From Bacillota bacterium (GTDB taxonomy: Bacteria > Armatimonadota > HRBIN16): a stretch of 64,000 nucleotides of DNA. Each line of letters starts with the position of its first letter. Position 1 is the first letter of the stretch. Of this stretch, positions 18,758-29,252 are shown in pieces. A program made the position numbers and the translations under genes. Where the stretch lies: assembly GCA_023511455.1 (NCBI GenBank), contig JAIMBJ010000001.1, forward strand, positions 1,146-65,145. Reading direction: 5' to 3'. The notes under the pieces are model-generated. The model had not been told where the DNA came from, searched no databases, and saw only the letters and a list, made by a program, of their open reading frames with translations.

Positions 18758-20995
18758 TCAATATGTCCAGCCTCCTCCAGTCTCCAGCAGCTGCCCAAAC
18801 TGCCCGACGCCGAAGCGTTGCGCCTCCGGGAACGCCTTAATCCGCAGGCGGAAGACCACCTCGCGGTCGGCGCGGAAGCCCAACGGATTGTCGATATACC
18901 CCAAGCTCATCTCCCAGCAGTGCAAATCCCACGTCAACAGCAGTTGTCTGCCTTCAAACCGTTTCACATAACCGTTATAGGTGAGGTACGTCTGCACACG
19001 TAAGGGCAATCCGAAAACCTGCGTGTCCACCCACAGGCTGGCGTTCGCCCACTGACGGCGGATGGGGTCATAGACGCTGTTCAGATTCATCGAGAACGCC
19101 TGACTGCGTGCGCGGAGGTAGGCGCGCAGGTAGTTCCACTGCCCTTCGTTCAGGTTGAGAGTGGATTGCACGTTCAGAGTCCAGACGGGATTCGGCTGCC
19201 ATTGTATTCCAAAGTTCAGGGGCTGCCAGGGGCGGCTCCCTCGCTGCCTGGTGAAAAGGTCATACCCCGTATACGCCCGCAGGGAAAAGGCGCGACCGGC
19301 GTTCCATTCCAGACCGGCGGAGACGAAATTGGTGGTGCCAGTGTGATCCGTGCGCAACGGGGTGAAACCATAGGGGCGCAGGTAACGATAGTCCATGTAC
19401 CAACGGCTGTTCTGCCCGTAGCGCACCTGCCAGCTGGCGTTGCCTTGCAGGATGTACTGCGCGGTTCCGTCGCTGGTGAACACCTGCCGAAACAGCCCCG
19501 AATAGGTCAGGGAGGTTCTGTCCCCCACGGGCAGAGAGGGACTCCAGCGCGTTTCGAAGAGCAACCGCTGGATGGGCTGCCCTTGCGGCAGCTCGCGGAA
19601 GCTGCCCAGTCCCAGCTGCATCTGCAACCCCAAATCTCTGCCGAACAGCCGGCGGTCGGTGGTGGAGATGGTCAGTTCAGGGGTCTTTTCCAGTCCTCCG
19701 AAGGTGAACCCGCCTGTCTGTCCGCCGAGTGGCACGATGCGGTTGAAACTGAGGTTCCAGTCGAACTTCCCCGCATCGCCGCTCAGCATCGCCTGGGTGG
19801 CCAGTTGCTCCTGTTGAGAGCGCACCTCCTCACCCGATAGCGAACGAAAGCGCGACAGGTCGGTGGAAAGGGTGAGAGAGGCGCGAGTGCCCCAGCGCTG
19901 GTTCCAGCGGAGGCTGTTCACCGTCGAGTCCGAAACATAGCCTGCGCTGCTCTGCTGGCTGAGGCGCGACAGGATAGACAGGTTGCCGCCCGACCACGCC
20001 CGGCTCAGGCTCAGCTGCCAGCTGGAGGCGCGGGTATCTGAATAGTACAGATAGCTGCCGGAGCGCAGGTCGCCGGTGAGACGCGCGTCAAAGCCGAGCA
20101 ACTTCTGTTCATGACGCAGCTGCGCCGTGACCGAGCGGGTGCCGCGGCTGCGGTCGTTCAGATAATACAGTGAAAGCAGTCCTGCCGCGCCACCGAGCAG
20201 ATATTGCTGGTCGAAGCCCAGTCCGACGCCCTTCTTCTGCATCAGGTCGATGCGGGCGGTTCCGGCGTTATCGCCCAGCAGGTAGCCCAGCGCGGTTTTA
20301 ATGTAATAGCCCTCCTCCACCGATTGCCCTACCTGTGGCAGCGTGCCTCGAGACAGACGGCGGTCTAAGGGAACCACTAAGGTGGGAATGGTAAACAGCC
20401 GCCTTCCGAGTGCGCTCAGGCTCACGTCACGCGCCACCAGCCGCTTGTCCACCACCACGTCCACCCGACCGGCGGAGAAGTGATAGTGCGGATGCTCCAG
20501 CAGGCAGGTGGTCATCTCTCCTCGTTGCAGGCGCGCGACGTCCTGTTCGCCCTCCAGCTCCTGACCAGAGAGGCGCACTGCCCCCTGCAGCTGATACTTC
20601 AAGAACTCGGGCAGCAGGTCTGCGCCCGCGCCCTCCAGCTGCCAGCGCCGCCGGCGGACATTGAGGCGCAACATCTCGCCTCTCGCGTCGACGCCGCCCC
20701 CTTCCAGCAGGACGCTCCCTTTGAACAGGTATTCGCCTCTGTCTAGATTGCCCTCTACCCCCTGCGCCTGAATGGTGTATTCGCGCCATCGGGCAAGGAT
20801 GTCGGTGGCTTGCAGGTTGTTTTGCGCATCCAGAAACAGCGTGCCGAAGCGGTCGATGTCGATGCGCTCGGTCTTGCGAGAAAGGGTTCCCGATGGCTGT
20901 ACGGCGGGCGTGGGTTCATCCACCTGAGCGAAGGCAGGCATCAGAGCAATGAAGAGATACCAGGCAATGGTGTTGAGAGCCTTCCATCTCTTCAC
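18758..20995 (-). CDS. lptD: LPS-assembly outer membrane protein LptD (OstA family)
   Basis: GTG start at 20993-20995 gives the signal peptide VKRWKALNTIAWYLFIALMPAFAQ. The OstA N-domain is followed by a long beta-barrel with alternating Y/W/R-rich strands. The start overlaps the comEC stop (GTGA). Confidence 0.7.
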   Translation of the reverse strand: MKRWKALNTIAWYLFIALMPAFAQVDEPTPAVQPSGTLSRKTERIDIDRFGTLFLDAQNNLQATDILARWREYTIQAQGVEGNLDRGEYLFKGSVLLEGGGVDARGEMLRLNVRRRRWQLEGAGADLLPEFLKYQLQGAVRLSGQELEGEQDVARLQRGEMTTCLLEHPHYHFSAGRVDVVVDKRLVARDVSLSALGRRLFTIPTLVVPLDRRLSRGTLPQVGQSVEEGYYIKTALGYLLGDNAGTARIDLMQKKGVGLGFDQQYLLGGAAGLLSLYYLNDRSRGTRSVTAQLRHEQKLLGFDARLTGDLRSGSYLYYSDTRASSWQLSLSRAWSGGNLSILSRLSQQSSAGYVSDSTVNSLRWNQRWGTRASLTLSTDLSRFRSLSGEEVRSQQEQLATQAMLSGDAGKFDWNLSFNRIVPLGGQTGGFTFGGLEKTPELTISTTDRRLFGRDLGLQMQLGLGSFRELPQGQPIQRLLFETRWSPSLPVGDRTSLTYSGLFRQVFTSDGTAQYILQGNASWQVRYGQNSRWYMDYRYLRPYGFTPLRTDHTGTTNFVSAGLEWNAGRAFSLRAYTGYDLFTRQRGSRPWQPLNFGIQWQPNPVWTLNVQSTLNLNEGQWNYLRAYLRARSQAFSMNLNSVYDPIRRQWANASLWVDTQVFGLPLRVQTYLTYNGYVKRFEGRQLLLTWDLHCWEMSLGYIDNPLGFRADREVVFRLRIKAFPEAQRFGVGQFGQLLETGGGWTY

Positions 20996-22533
20996 TGCGT
21001 GGGCTCCTTTCTCCGTCGTGAGGCGCGTGCGCTCAGGGCGAGTAGCGCGGTGAAAAACAGAATGTAAAACCCGACGATAGCCCCGCGCGATGGGGTGGGG
21101 ACGGTAAGGCTTGCCCACTCAGGCATGGCAAGCCACCGTACCGCCTTATCCACCATCCACGCGCTCAGCGCAACGGGCGCGGATAGCCACTCAGGTACCC
21201 AGGGCAGGCAGGCAATCACCAGCCCCATTGCCGTCAGCACCTGCACGGGCAGCGCGATGATGAGGTTTGCGATGGGCGCAATCAAAGACATTTGACCATA
21301 GTATAACGCGGTGAGCGGGGCAGACGCCACTGCGCAGACCACGCTGAACCCCAACGCAGCGAGAAGACCCCCTGCAGGCTTTAGTCTGCCACCCGTTACG
21401 CCAAAGGCAACGGCGTTCAAACAGCCTGAAGCGGCAACAATCGCGGCGACAAGGGTGAAGGAGAACTGAAAGCCGGGGTCCAGCAACGCCCCGGTATCGG
21501 CGAGTACAATCAGGAATCCCGCCAGTGCCAGCGAGGTGGGCAGGTCTAGCTCACGCTGCAGAGCCACTGCCCCCGCCACCAGTGTGCCCATCACCGCGGC
21601 GCGGAAAGAGGGTTCTCCTCCCGCCGCCACACCCACAAACAACCACATGACTGCAATCACGGCGAGCGCAGATACCCGACGGGACAGCCGAAGTAATCTG
21701 CACACCGCCCACACCGCCACTGCCAGCATCGAAACATGCGTTCCCGAAGGGGAAAGGATGTGAACTGTGCCCGTGTGGCGGAAACTTTCGCGAATGGCGT
21801 TATCCAGCCGTGTGCGGTCGTTCAGCACAATGGCGGCAGCGAGATGCCCTTCGCGCGTAGGCAGGTGATAGCGCAGGTTCTGGATTAATCGCCGGCGCAG
21901 GCGCGAGAAGAACACGCGCCAACCGGAGTCGCTCACCTTCACCGCGCGATAGGGGCGAAGGGTGCGCACCACCCCTCGCCGACGCAGGTAGTCCACGAAG
22001 GAAGCTCCAGAAGCTCCGAGCGCTTCGGGCAGCCGCATTCTGCCCTCCAGCCGTAATCTCTCACCAGCGTAGGGGGTATCCATCCGCTCTTCGGGCAGCT
22101 CTACCCACAGGTAGGTCGGGATATGGAACACCCGTTGACCTGCCTGTATGCTTCGGGCGCGAAAGACGAACCGACTGATGCCGCGTCGTTTGACAGGTTC
22201 GCTCACCACCTCGCCGACCACAAGCACCGCCTCACCGTGCGGTAGGGTTTCCCATAAAATACCGGCCTGTGCAGCGTGTCGAATGCCCTGTACACTACCC
22301 AGCCACATCGAGCAAAGTATCAGCATTGTCGTTGCGGTTGGCAGGTTCCGTCGTTGCCACAATAGCCAGAGAACGCCACTTGCCAGCAGACAGGCGTTCA
22401 CAACGGCAATTGGAGAGAACGTGACCCCAGCCGCGGCGCCCAGCAGGTAGCTGCCGCAAAAGGTGGCCAACGGTCTGCCGTTCACCGCTTGAAGCACACC
22501 GGCTTGCCTGCCTGTGTTGTATGACGTGAGCAC
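20992..22533 (-). CDS. comEC: ComEC/Rec2-family competence membrane protein
   Basis: 513 aa, polytopic membrane protein with the ComEC competence domain pattern (…SPSGTHVSMLAVAVWAV…). Confidence 0.7.
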   Translation of the reverse strand: MLTSYNTGRQAGVLQAVNGRPLATFCGSYLLGAAAGVTFSPIAVVNACLLASGVLWLLWQRRNLPTATTMLILCSMWLGSVQGIRHAAQAGILWETLPHGEAVLVVGEVVSEPVKRRGISRFVFRARSIQAGQRVFHIPTYLWVELPEERMDTPYAGERLRLEGRMRLPEALGASGASFVDYLRRRGVVRTLRPYRAVKVSDSGWRVFFSRLRRRLIQNLRYHLPTREGHLAAAIVLNDRTRLDNAIRESFRHTGTVHILSPSGTHVSMLAVAVWAVCRLLRLSRRVSALAVIAVMWLFVGVAAGGEPSFRAAVMGTLVAGAVALQRELDLPTSLALAGFLIVLADTGALLDPGFQFSFTLVAAIVAASGCLNAVAFGVTGGRLKPAGGLLAALGFSVVCAVASAPLTALYYGQMSLIAPIANLIIALPVQVLTAMGLVIACLPWVPEWLSAPVALSAWMVDKAVRWLAMPEWASLTVPTPSRGAIVGFYILFFTALLALSARASRRRKEPTQ

Positions 22534-22706
22534 CGGTTTTGTCGTGTATGGTCATGCGTTAGGATTGTGAAACTCCGATTCTTCCGTCGTTTGGTTTGTT
22601 CCTGCGCTGTGCTGCGCGCATCACGCAACATCCGCAAGACTTGCTTTCGACCGCCGTTTGTTGATACCATTATGGGTGTCGGAGCCGGGTTTCGGGATGG
22701 TGACCA

Positions 22707-24188
22707 ATGGGCGCTGATAAGGGTTTGTTTGACCGTCCGCGCGAAGAATGCGGTGTGTTCGGCATCTACGCGCCGGGGGAAGATGTGGCGCGTATCACCT
22801 TCTTCGGATTGTATGCGCTACAGCATCGCGGGCAGGAGAGCGCGGGCATTGCCGTCTCGGATGGCGAGCGCGTGCTGGTGCATAAGGAGATGGGGCTGGT
22901 CTCGCAGGTTTTCGACGAGGAGACGCTTGGCTACCTGCGCGGTCACATCGCTATCGGGCACACGCGGTATTCCACTACGGGTTCCAGCGTGTTGCGCAAT
23001 GCTCAGCCCGTGATGTGCGAATCGCCTATCGGCACGCTGGCGGTGGCGCATAACGGCAACCTGGTGAACGCTTCCCCGCTTCGCCTGCGCCTGCAGGAGG
23101 CAGGGGTGCACTTCCACAGCACGAACGACAGCGAAATCATCGCCCGCCTGCTTGCCACGGAGCTGGCAGAGTTTCGCGACCCTGTGGAAGCCATGCGTCG
23201 CGTGATGCAACAGATTGCAGGCGCGTACAGTCTGGTCATCCTCACTCCCAATCACCTGATTGCCGCCCGTGACCCCTACGGCGTGCGACCGCTATGTCTG
23301 GGGCGCATTAACGGTCATCACGTGATTGCCTCAGAGACCTGCGCTCTGAACGTGGTGGGGGCAGATTTCGTGCGCGAGATTGAGCCGGGCGAGGTGCTGG
23401 TCATCGACGAAAACGGCTTGCGCGAGGAGCAGGCGGTGCCTCTACAACGGTACAGCCTGTGTATGTTCGAATTCATCTACTTTGCCCGCCCCGACAGCCA
23501 CATCTACAACCGTACTCTGCACGAAGTGCGCCGGCGTATGGGGCAGGAGCTCGCGCGCGAACACCCTGCGCCAGGCGCGCAGGTGGTCATCCCCATCCCT
23601 GATACCGGCATCCCCGCCGCGCTCGGTTTTGCGCAAGCCAGCGGTATCCCGTATGCCGAAGGGCTGATTAAAAACCGCTACATCCAGCGCACCTTCATCC
23701 AGCCCGACCAGCGCATGCGCGAACTGGGGGTGAAAATCAAGCTGAACCCCTTGCGCGAGGTCATCTCCGGGCGCAAACTGGTGATGGTGGACGACAGCAT
23801 CGTGCGCGGAACCACCACCGGCAAGATTGTGCGGATGCTTTTTGAGGCAGGCGCGAAGGAGGTGCATGTGCGAATCACCTCGCCTCCCATTCGTTATCCG
23901 TGTTTCTACGGTATCGACATGGCGACGCGCGAGGAACTGGTTGCCGCCTCGCACAGCGTGGAAGAGATACGCGAAATGATAGGCGCGACCTCGCTGGGAT
24001 ACCTCAGCATCGACGGGATGCTGCGGGCGGTGCGGATGAAGCGTCATCATTTCTGCCTTGCCTGCTTCGACGGCAGGTATCCTATCCCCGTGCCCCGCGA
24101 TGTGAAACTGAGCAAGAATCTCTGGGAAGGGGAGGAGGAAGCGCCTCAGCCCGCCTTCTGCGGCAGTCCGGAGACAGAGAAGGAATAG
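22707..24188 (+). CDS. purF: amidophosphoribosyltransferase PurF
   Basis: Propeptide then CGVFGIY (Ntn Cys), PRTase motif VVIPIPDTGIPAALG and C-terminal Cys cluster for the Fe-S site. Confidence 0.9.
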   Translation: MGADKGLFDRPREECGVFGIYAPGEDVARITFFGLYALQHRGQESAGIAVSDGERVLVHKEMGLVSQVFDEETLGYLRGHIAIGHTRYSTTGSSVLRNAQPVMCESPIGTLAVAHNGNLVNASPLRLRLQEAGVHFHSTNDSEIIARLLATELAEFRDPVEAMRRVMQQIAGAYSLVILTPNHLIAARDPYGVRPLCLGRINGHHVIASETCALNVVGADFVREIEPGEVLVIDENGLREEQAVPLQRYSLCMFEFIYFARPDSHIYNRTLHEVRRRMGQELAREHPAPGAQVVIPIPDTGIPAALGFAQASGIPYAEGLIKNRYIQRTFIQPDQRMRELGVKIKLNPLREVISGRKLVMVDDSIVRGTTTGKIVRMLFEAGAKEVHVRITSPPIRYPCFYGIDMATREELVAASHSVEEIREMIGATSLGYLSIDGMLRAVRMKRHHFCLACFDGRYPIPVPRDVKLSKNLWEGEEEAPQPAFCGSPETEKE

Positions 24189-24505
24189 ATTGGCTATCGA
24201 AATCGTCTATCTACACAGCGAACCGTGCCCTGTGCGACGAAAATTGTCCATCCTCTGCTTCCTTCACAATTTCACCCTGCTAAACTTCTCAGAGGATTCC
24301 GATAATATCTGGTAGGGGTCATGCAGCTGAGAGGTCGTGAGCGTTACACGTCGCGGGAGGGGTGTGCCTGGTTGCGATTGCTATCGGAACAGCAAACCAC
24401 CAGCGAACCGAAAACCGTGTCTCGCTGTTCGCAGGCAGGACGTGTGAAGCCCTCTCTTTACCGCGTGACCCGTGAACCTTCATCGCATGGGGGTGAGAAG
24501 ACAAA

Positions 24506-26641
24506 ATGGAAAACCTGTGCGCTTTCATGCACATCAACGAGGCCAACCTGAACCTGAGGAAGGAGTTTGTGGGCCTGGCGGAAGAGGACGTGCGTATCCT
24601 GAGGAAGCTGCAGCCCTGGGCAGAGCGCGTTGCCGGCGCTATAGCCAAAGAGTTCTACGATGCGCAGTTTGCCTTTGCTCCCACCCGCGCGTTCTTCGAG
24701 CGTTACGCACAGAAGAAAGGCGTCACACTGGAGGAGCTGCGCCAGAGCCTGGAAAAGACACAATCTCAATACTTCCGCGACATCTTTGACGAAGCGGCAG
24801 GCAGTGGTCAATTCGGTATAGACTACTTTGAGAGAAGGCTGCGCATCGGTTATGTGCATGCGGTCATAGACCTTCCTCAGAAGTGGTATGTGGGTAGTTA
24901 CGTCCTCTACCAGCGTCTGGTGCGCAAGTACCTGCACCGCGACTTTCGCTGGAAACCTGCCTTCCGCGCCCGTGCCGAAGAGGCTATTTTCAAGGTGTTC
25001 AACTACGACATGCAGGCGGTGACCGACTCGTACCTGCTGGAGCTGGTGAGGCGCTTGCGTATAGAAATGTCGACCACGCACATCGAGCAGAACGCAGACC
25101 GAACCGAGAAAATGGAATGGACCTCGCAGCAAATGTCCATGCTGTTTGACGCACTGGACGCCGTATCACGTGGTGATTTGTCTCACCAGCTGTCCTCTTC
25201 GCAACGTCAGGGAGAACAGACCTTGCTGACACAATTTGACACTGCGGTAAGGTCGTTAGCGCAAGTGATAGCCGAGGGGCGCACTATCTCGCGCGAGGTG
25301 GTCGACGGCGTGAAGAAGGTGGGCGAATTGATGAACGCGCTGGTTAGCGTGGACGGTAGCAACTTCTCCGGCGACACGGTGGTGGAAATGCTGGAGCAGC
25401 TGCAGAGAGCGGTACACGAGGTAGCTAAAGGTGCGGAGTCCACCGCGCTTTCGGCGTCACGCGGAGTGGAAGGCGTCAGCGCGATTGTGGAGGATATCGG
25501 TCGTATGGCAGAGCAGTTGAATGACGCGCAACACGCCGCGCAAGAGGTGGGCGTGGTAGCTGTGCAAGGACGCGAGGGACTGTCGCGCTCCAAGCAAGCG
25601 ATGGAGCGGCTTGAGCAAGATACACGCCAGCTGGCGGAACAGCTGCAGCAGCTGGTACAGATGTCCGCACGCATCGGCGGCATCCTTGGCACCATTGAGG
25701 AGATTGCCGGGCAGACCAACCTCTTGGCGTTGAATGCGGCGATAGAGGCGGCCCGTGCAGGAGAGCATGGACGCGGTTTCGCGGTGGTGGCGGATGAGGT
25801 ACGCCGTTTGGCGGAACAATCCGCGCAAGCCACGCAGGAAATCCGCCAGATTATTCGGGAGGTCACACAGCAGGCAGAGAACGCTGCGCAAGCGATGGAC
25901 GCCAACCTCGCCGCAGTAACCGACGGCGTCAGACAGTCGCTGGAGGTCGGGCAGGGGCTAAGTGCGATTCTGCAGTCTGTTGAATCGATCGTCCAGCAGG
26001 TGGAGCAATCTGCCTCTTCCGTGCAGCGGGTACAGCAGAACGCCCAGCAGATGCTCAGCGAGATCGAGCACATCGCCGCCATTGCGCAGGAGTCGAGCGC
26101 CGCTGCAGAAGAGATGCTGGCATCCAGCACCAACGCCATCGAGTCTACCCGACAGGTGGCAACTGAGATTGCTCACGAGATGCAAGCGCTCGGGGGACTG
26201 ATTGACAAACTGCGCTTCTCGATGGGGCGGTTCATTCTGAATGCAGAGGAAGCCAGGCATCTCGGTGACAAGGTGGAGATTTTCAAAAAAGCGCACCTGA
26301 AGTGGGTGGAACGTTTGGAGAACCTCATCTACCGCGGTGTGCGCATCCCGCGCGAGGAGCTGGTATCGCACCGCAACTGCGCGCTGGGACAATGGTATTA
26401 TTCGGTGGGTGAGACACAGTTCGGCAACCTGCCCGAGTTTCGCGCGATTGAGCCGCCGCACGAGAAGCTGCACCAGACCGCGCGACAGATTGTGGACTGC
26501 ATCGACCGCAACGACCGAGCGCAGGCAGAGCGGTTGCTGGAGCAGGTACGCGGCATCAGCAAAGAGATAGTGGCAGGACTGGACCGCCTGCGCGAAGCCG
26601 CTGAAAGGCAGGAGACGACCTCGTTGCCCCGCGCGGCGTAA
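24506..26641 (+). CDS. methyl-accepting chemotaxis protein with N-terminal globin-coupled (protoglobin) sensor and C-terminal CZB zinc-binding domain
   Basis: Residues ~15-150 resemble the HemAT sensor globin (…[27 protein letters not shown]…[23 protein letters not shown]). MCP signalling domain present ([35 protein letters not shown]). C-terminal ~90 aa carry the CZB H/C pattern (HLKWVERL…[11 protein letters not shown]…[11 protein letters not shown]). Confidence 0.85.
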   Translation: MENLCAFMHINEANLNLRKEFVGLAEEDVRILRKLQPWAERVAGAIAKEFYDAQFAFAPTRAFFERYAQKKGVTLEELRQSLEKTQSQYFRDIFDEAAGSGQFGIDYFERRLRIGYVHAVIDLPQKWYVGSYVLYQRLVRKYLHRDFRWKPAFRARAEEAIFKVFNYDMQAVTDSYLLELVRRLRIEMSTTHIEQNADRTEKMEWTSQQMSMLFDALDAVSRGDLSHQLSSSQRQGEQTLLTQFDTAVRSLAQVIAEGRTISREVVDGVKKVGELMNALVSVDGSNFSGDTVVEMLEQLQRAVHEVAKGAESTALSASRGVEGVSAIVEDIGRMAEQLNDAQHAAQEVGVVAVQGREGLSRSKQAMERLEQDTRQLAEQLQQLVQMSARIGGILGTIEEIAGQTNLLALNAAIEAARAGEHGRGFAVVADEVRRLAEQSAQATQEIRQIIREVTQQAENAAQAMDANLAAVTDGVRQSLEVGQGLSAILQSVESIVQQVEQSASSVQRVQQNAQQMLSEIEHIAAIAQESSAAAEEMLASSTNAIESTRQVATEIAHEMQALGGLIDKLRFSMGRFILNAEEARHLGDKVEIFKKAHLKWVERLENLIYRGVRIPREELVSHRNCALGQWYYSVGETQFGNLPEFRAIEPPHEKLHQTARQIVDCIDRNDRAQAERLLEQVRGISKEIVAGLDRLREAAERQETTSLPRAA

Positions 26642-26896
26642 CCACCGAACGTACGGAGAGCATGGAGAGAACCCATCTCTATGCTCTCCGCTTCCTCTGT
26701 GGTAAAGACCCTTCCATCAACATCCAGCAGGAAAATCTCGCAGCTGTAGCGAAATACTCACTGGTTCGGGACGTTCCACAGACCAAGCGAGGACGCAAGT
26801 TGCAGATGCTTTCATGGCGCTCCGTCTTGAGATGGACACAAGCGGAGGTTCTACTGCGGAGGTCCTGACATACGTGCTACCTAGGAGGAGCATCTC

Positions 26897-27948
<1,052 letters not shown>

Positions 27949-27952
<4 letters not shown>

Positions 27953-28449
27953 GTGCGATGTCGTTCAGTTTGTCGACCCATAGTGCGGAAGAGACGCGGC
28001 GGCTGGGCGAAGCGCTGGCGCAAGTGCTGCAACCGGGCGATGTCATCTGGCTGAGGGGGGATCTGGGCGCGGGCAAAACCACGCTGGCGCAGGGCATTGC
28101 CTCGGGGCTGGGCGTGCGCGAGCCCGTCCTCAGCCCTACCTTCACGCTCATCCGCGAGCATCGGGGGCGTTTGCCTTTCTTCCACGCGGATGCCTATCGG
28201 CTGGAAGGGGCGGAGCAGGCGGCGGACCTTGGGTTGCAGGAATACTTCGCACGGGGTGGGGTTTTCGCGATTGAGTGGGGCGAACACATCGCAGACGCTC
28301 TCCCTGAAGAGCGGCTGGAAATATTGCTGGAGGGAGGCGCGGATGAGCATCGGCGAATCACCATCCGCGCATACGGCGAACGCTACGAGCAACGCGTACA
28401 GCAGCTGGAGGAGGCTATTGCGACTGCTGGCTTTAGAGACAACGGGTGA
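27949..28449 (+). CDS. tsaE: tRNA t6A37 biosynthesis ATPase TsaE (YjeE)
   Basis: P-loop GDLGAGKTTLAQGIA and the size typical of TsaE. Confidence 0.85.
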
Positions 28450-29101
28450 CATCTGTAGCATCGCTGCGGTGCAAGACGGTGAGGTAGCGGCAGCTTTTGC
28501 CTTCGCGCACAGGATGCAGCTCTCCACCCGTCTGATGCCGCTCATCGACCACCTGTTACACACCGCAGGATGGCAAATCGGAGAGGTGGACGCCTTTGCC
28601 ACAGGTTTGGGACCAGGCTCGTTTACCGGCACGCGCGTGGGCGTGATGACCGCCAAGACCTTCGCGCAGGTCTACGCCAGGCCAATAGTTGGGGTATGCA
28701 GTCTGGACATCCTTGCGGCGGAATATACATTCATCCCGCACCACCTGATATGTGCGGTCATCCCCGCACGTCGCGGAGAGGTGTACGCTGCCATCTATGA
28801 AGGCGGTTCACCGATACCGCAACCGGTGGTAGAGCGGGCAGTGTATACTGCCGAAACGTTGCACAGTGCGCTCCTGCCCTATATCGCCAACGACGTAATT
28901 GTTACAGGGGAAGTGCCTGCTGAGTTTGTGCACGCGCTGGCAGATTACCCGGTGTGTCTTGCGCCTATCAAGCATCCTCGCGCGGAGACACTGGGACAGC
29001 TGGGCACGAAGTTGCTGGAGCGTGGACATCGCGACAATCCATTAACCCTTGTGCCCATGTACCTGAAGCCACCTGCTATTACCATGCCGAAAACGGCGTA
29101 G
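28418..29101 (+). CDS. tsaB: tRNA t6A37 biosynthesis protein TsaB (YeaZ)
   Basis: TTG start gives LRLLALETTGDICSIAAV…GLGPGSFTGTRVGV, the conserved TsaB N-terminus. The longer ORF 28097-29101 is an upstream in-frame extension overlapping tsaE. Confidence 0.8.
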   Translation: MRLLALETTGDICSIAAVQDGEVAAAFAFAHRMQLSTRLMPLIDHLLHTAGWQIGEVDAFATGLGPGSFTGTRVGVMTAKTFAQVYARPIVGVCSLDILAAEYTFIPHHLICAVIPARRGEVYAAIYEGGSPIPQPVVERAVYTAETLHSALLPYIANDVIVTGEVPAEFVHALADYPVCLAPIKHPRAETLGQLGTKLLERGHRDNPLTLVPMYLKPPAITMPKTA

Positions 29102-29252
29102 CAGGAACATCCACCTGCCTGCGCGAAAGATAAAAAAACAGACGCTGTAACCTTTCAGGGGTGTTCGGCGTCCAAAAGAAGAGTGCAGAGGTCGCTATCC
29201 CTGTGCAGCGATGATGTATTCTTTGTGAGAGAACAACCGGGAGGGAACGCAA

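Noticed and set aside
20992-20995. GTGA start/stop overlap between comEC and lptD
   Set aside because: It is real, but it is ordinary translational coupling in a compact operon and not a finding in itself.
24189-24505. ~320-nt leader upstream of the globin-coupled chemoreceptor as a possible riboswitch
   Set aside because: I could not recognise any known riboswitch consensus (SAM, TPP, c-di-GMP, cobalamin) by eye. It is left as an unstructured 5' UTR unless a covariance-model search says otherwise.
25207-26139. 310-aa minus-strand ORF rich in Ala/Ser/Cys inside the chemoreceptor gene
   Set aside because: It lies antisense to a well-supported MCP gene and has low-complexity composition typical of GC-rich shadow frames. 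The same reasoning applies to 25457-25891 and 25958-26473.
28097-28417. Upstream in-frame extension of tsaB overlapping tsaE by ~350 nt
   Set aside because: The conserved TsaB N-terminus begins at the TTG at 28418. The upstream part has no similarity and overlaps the tsaE coding frame.
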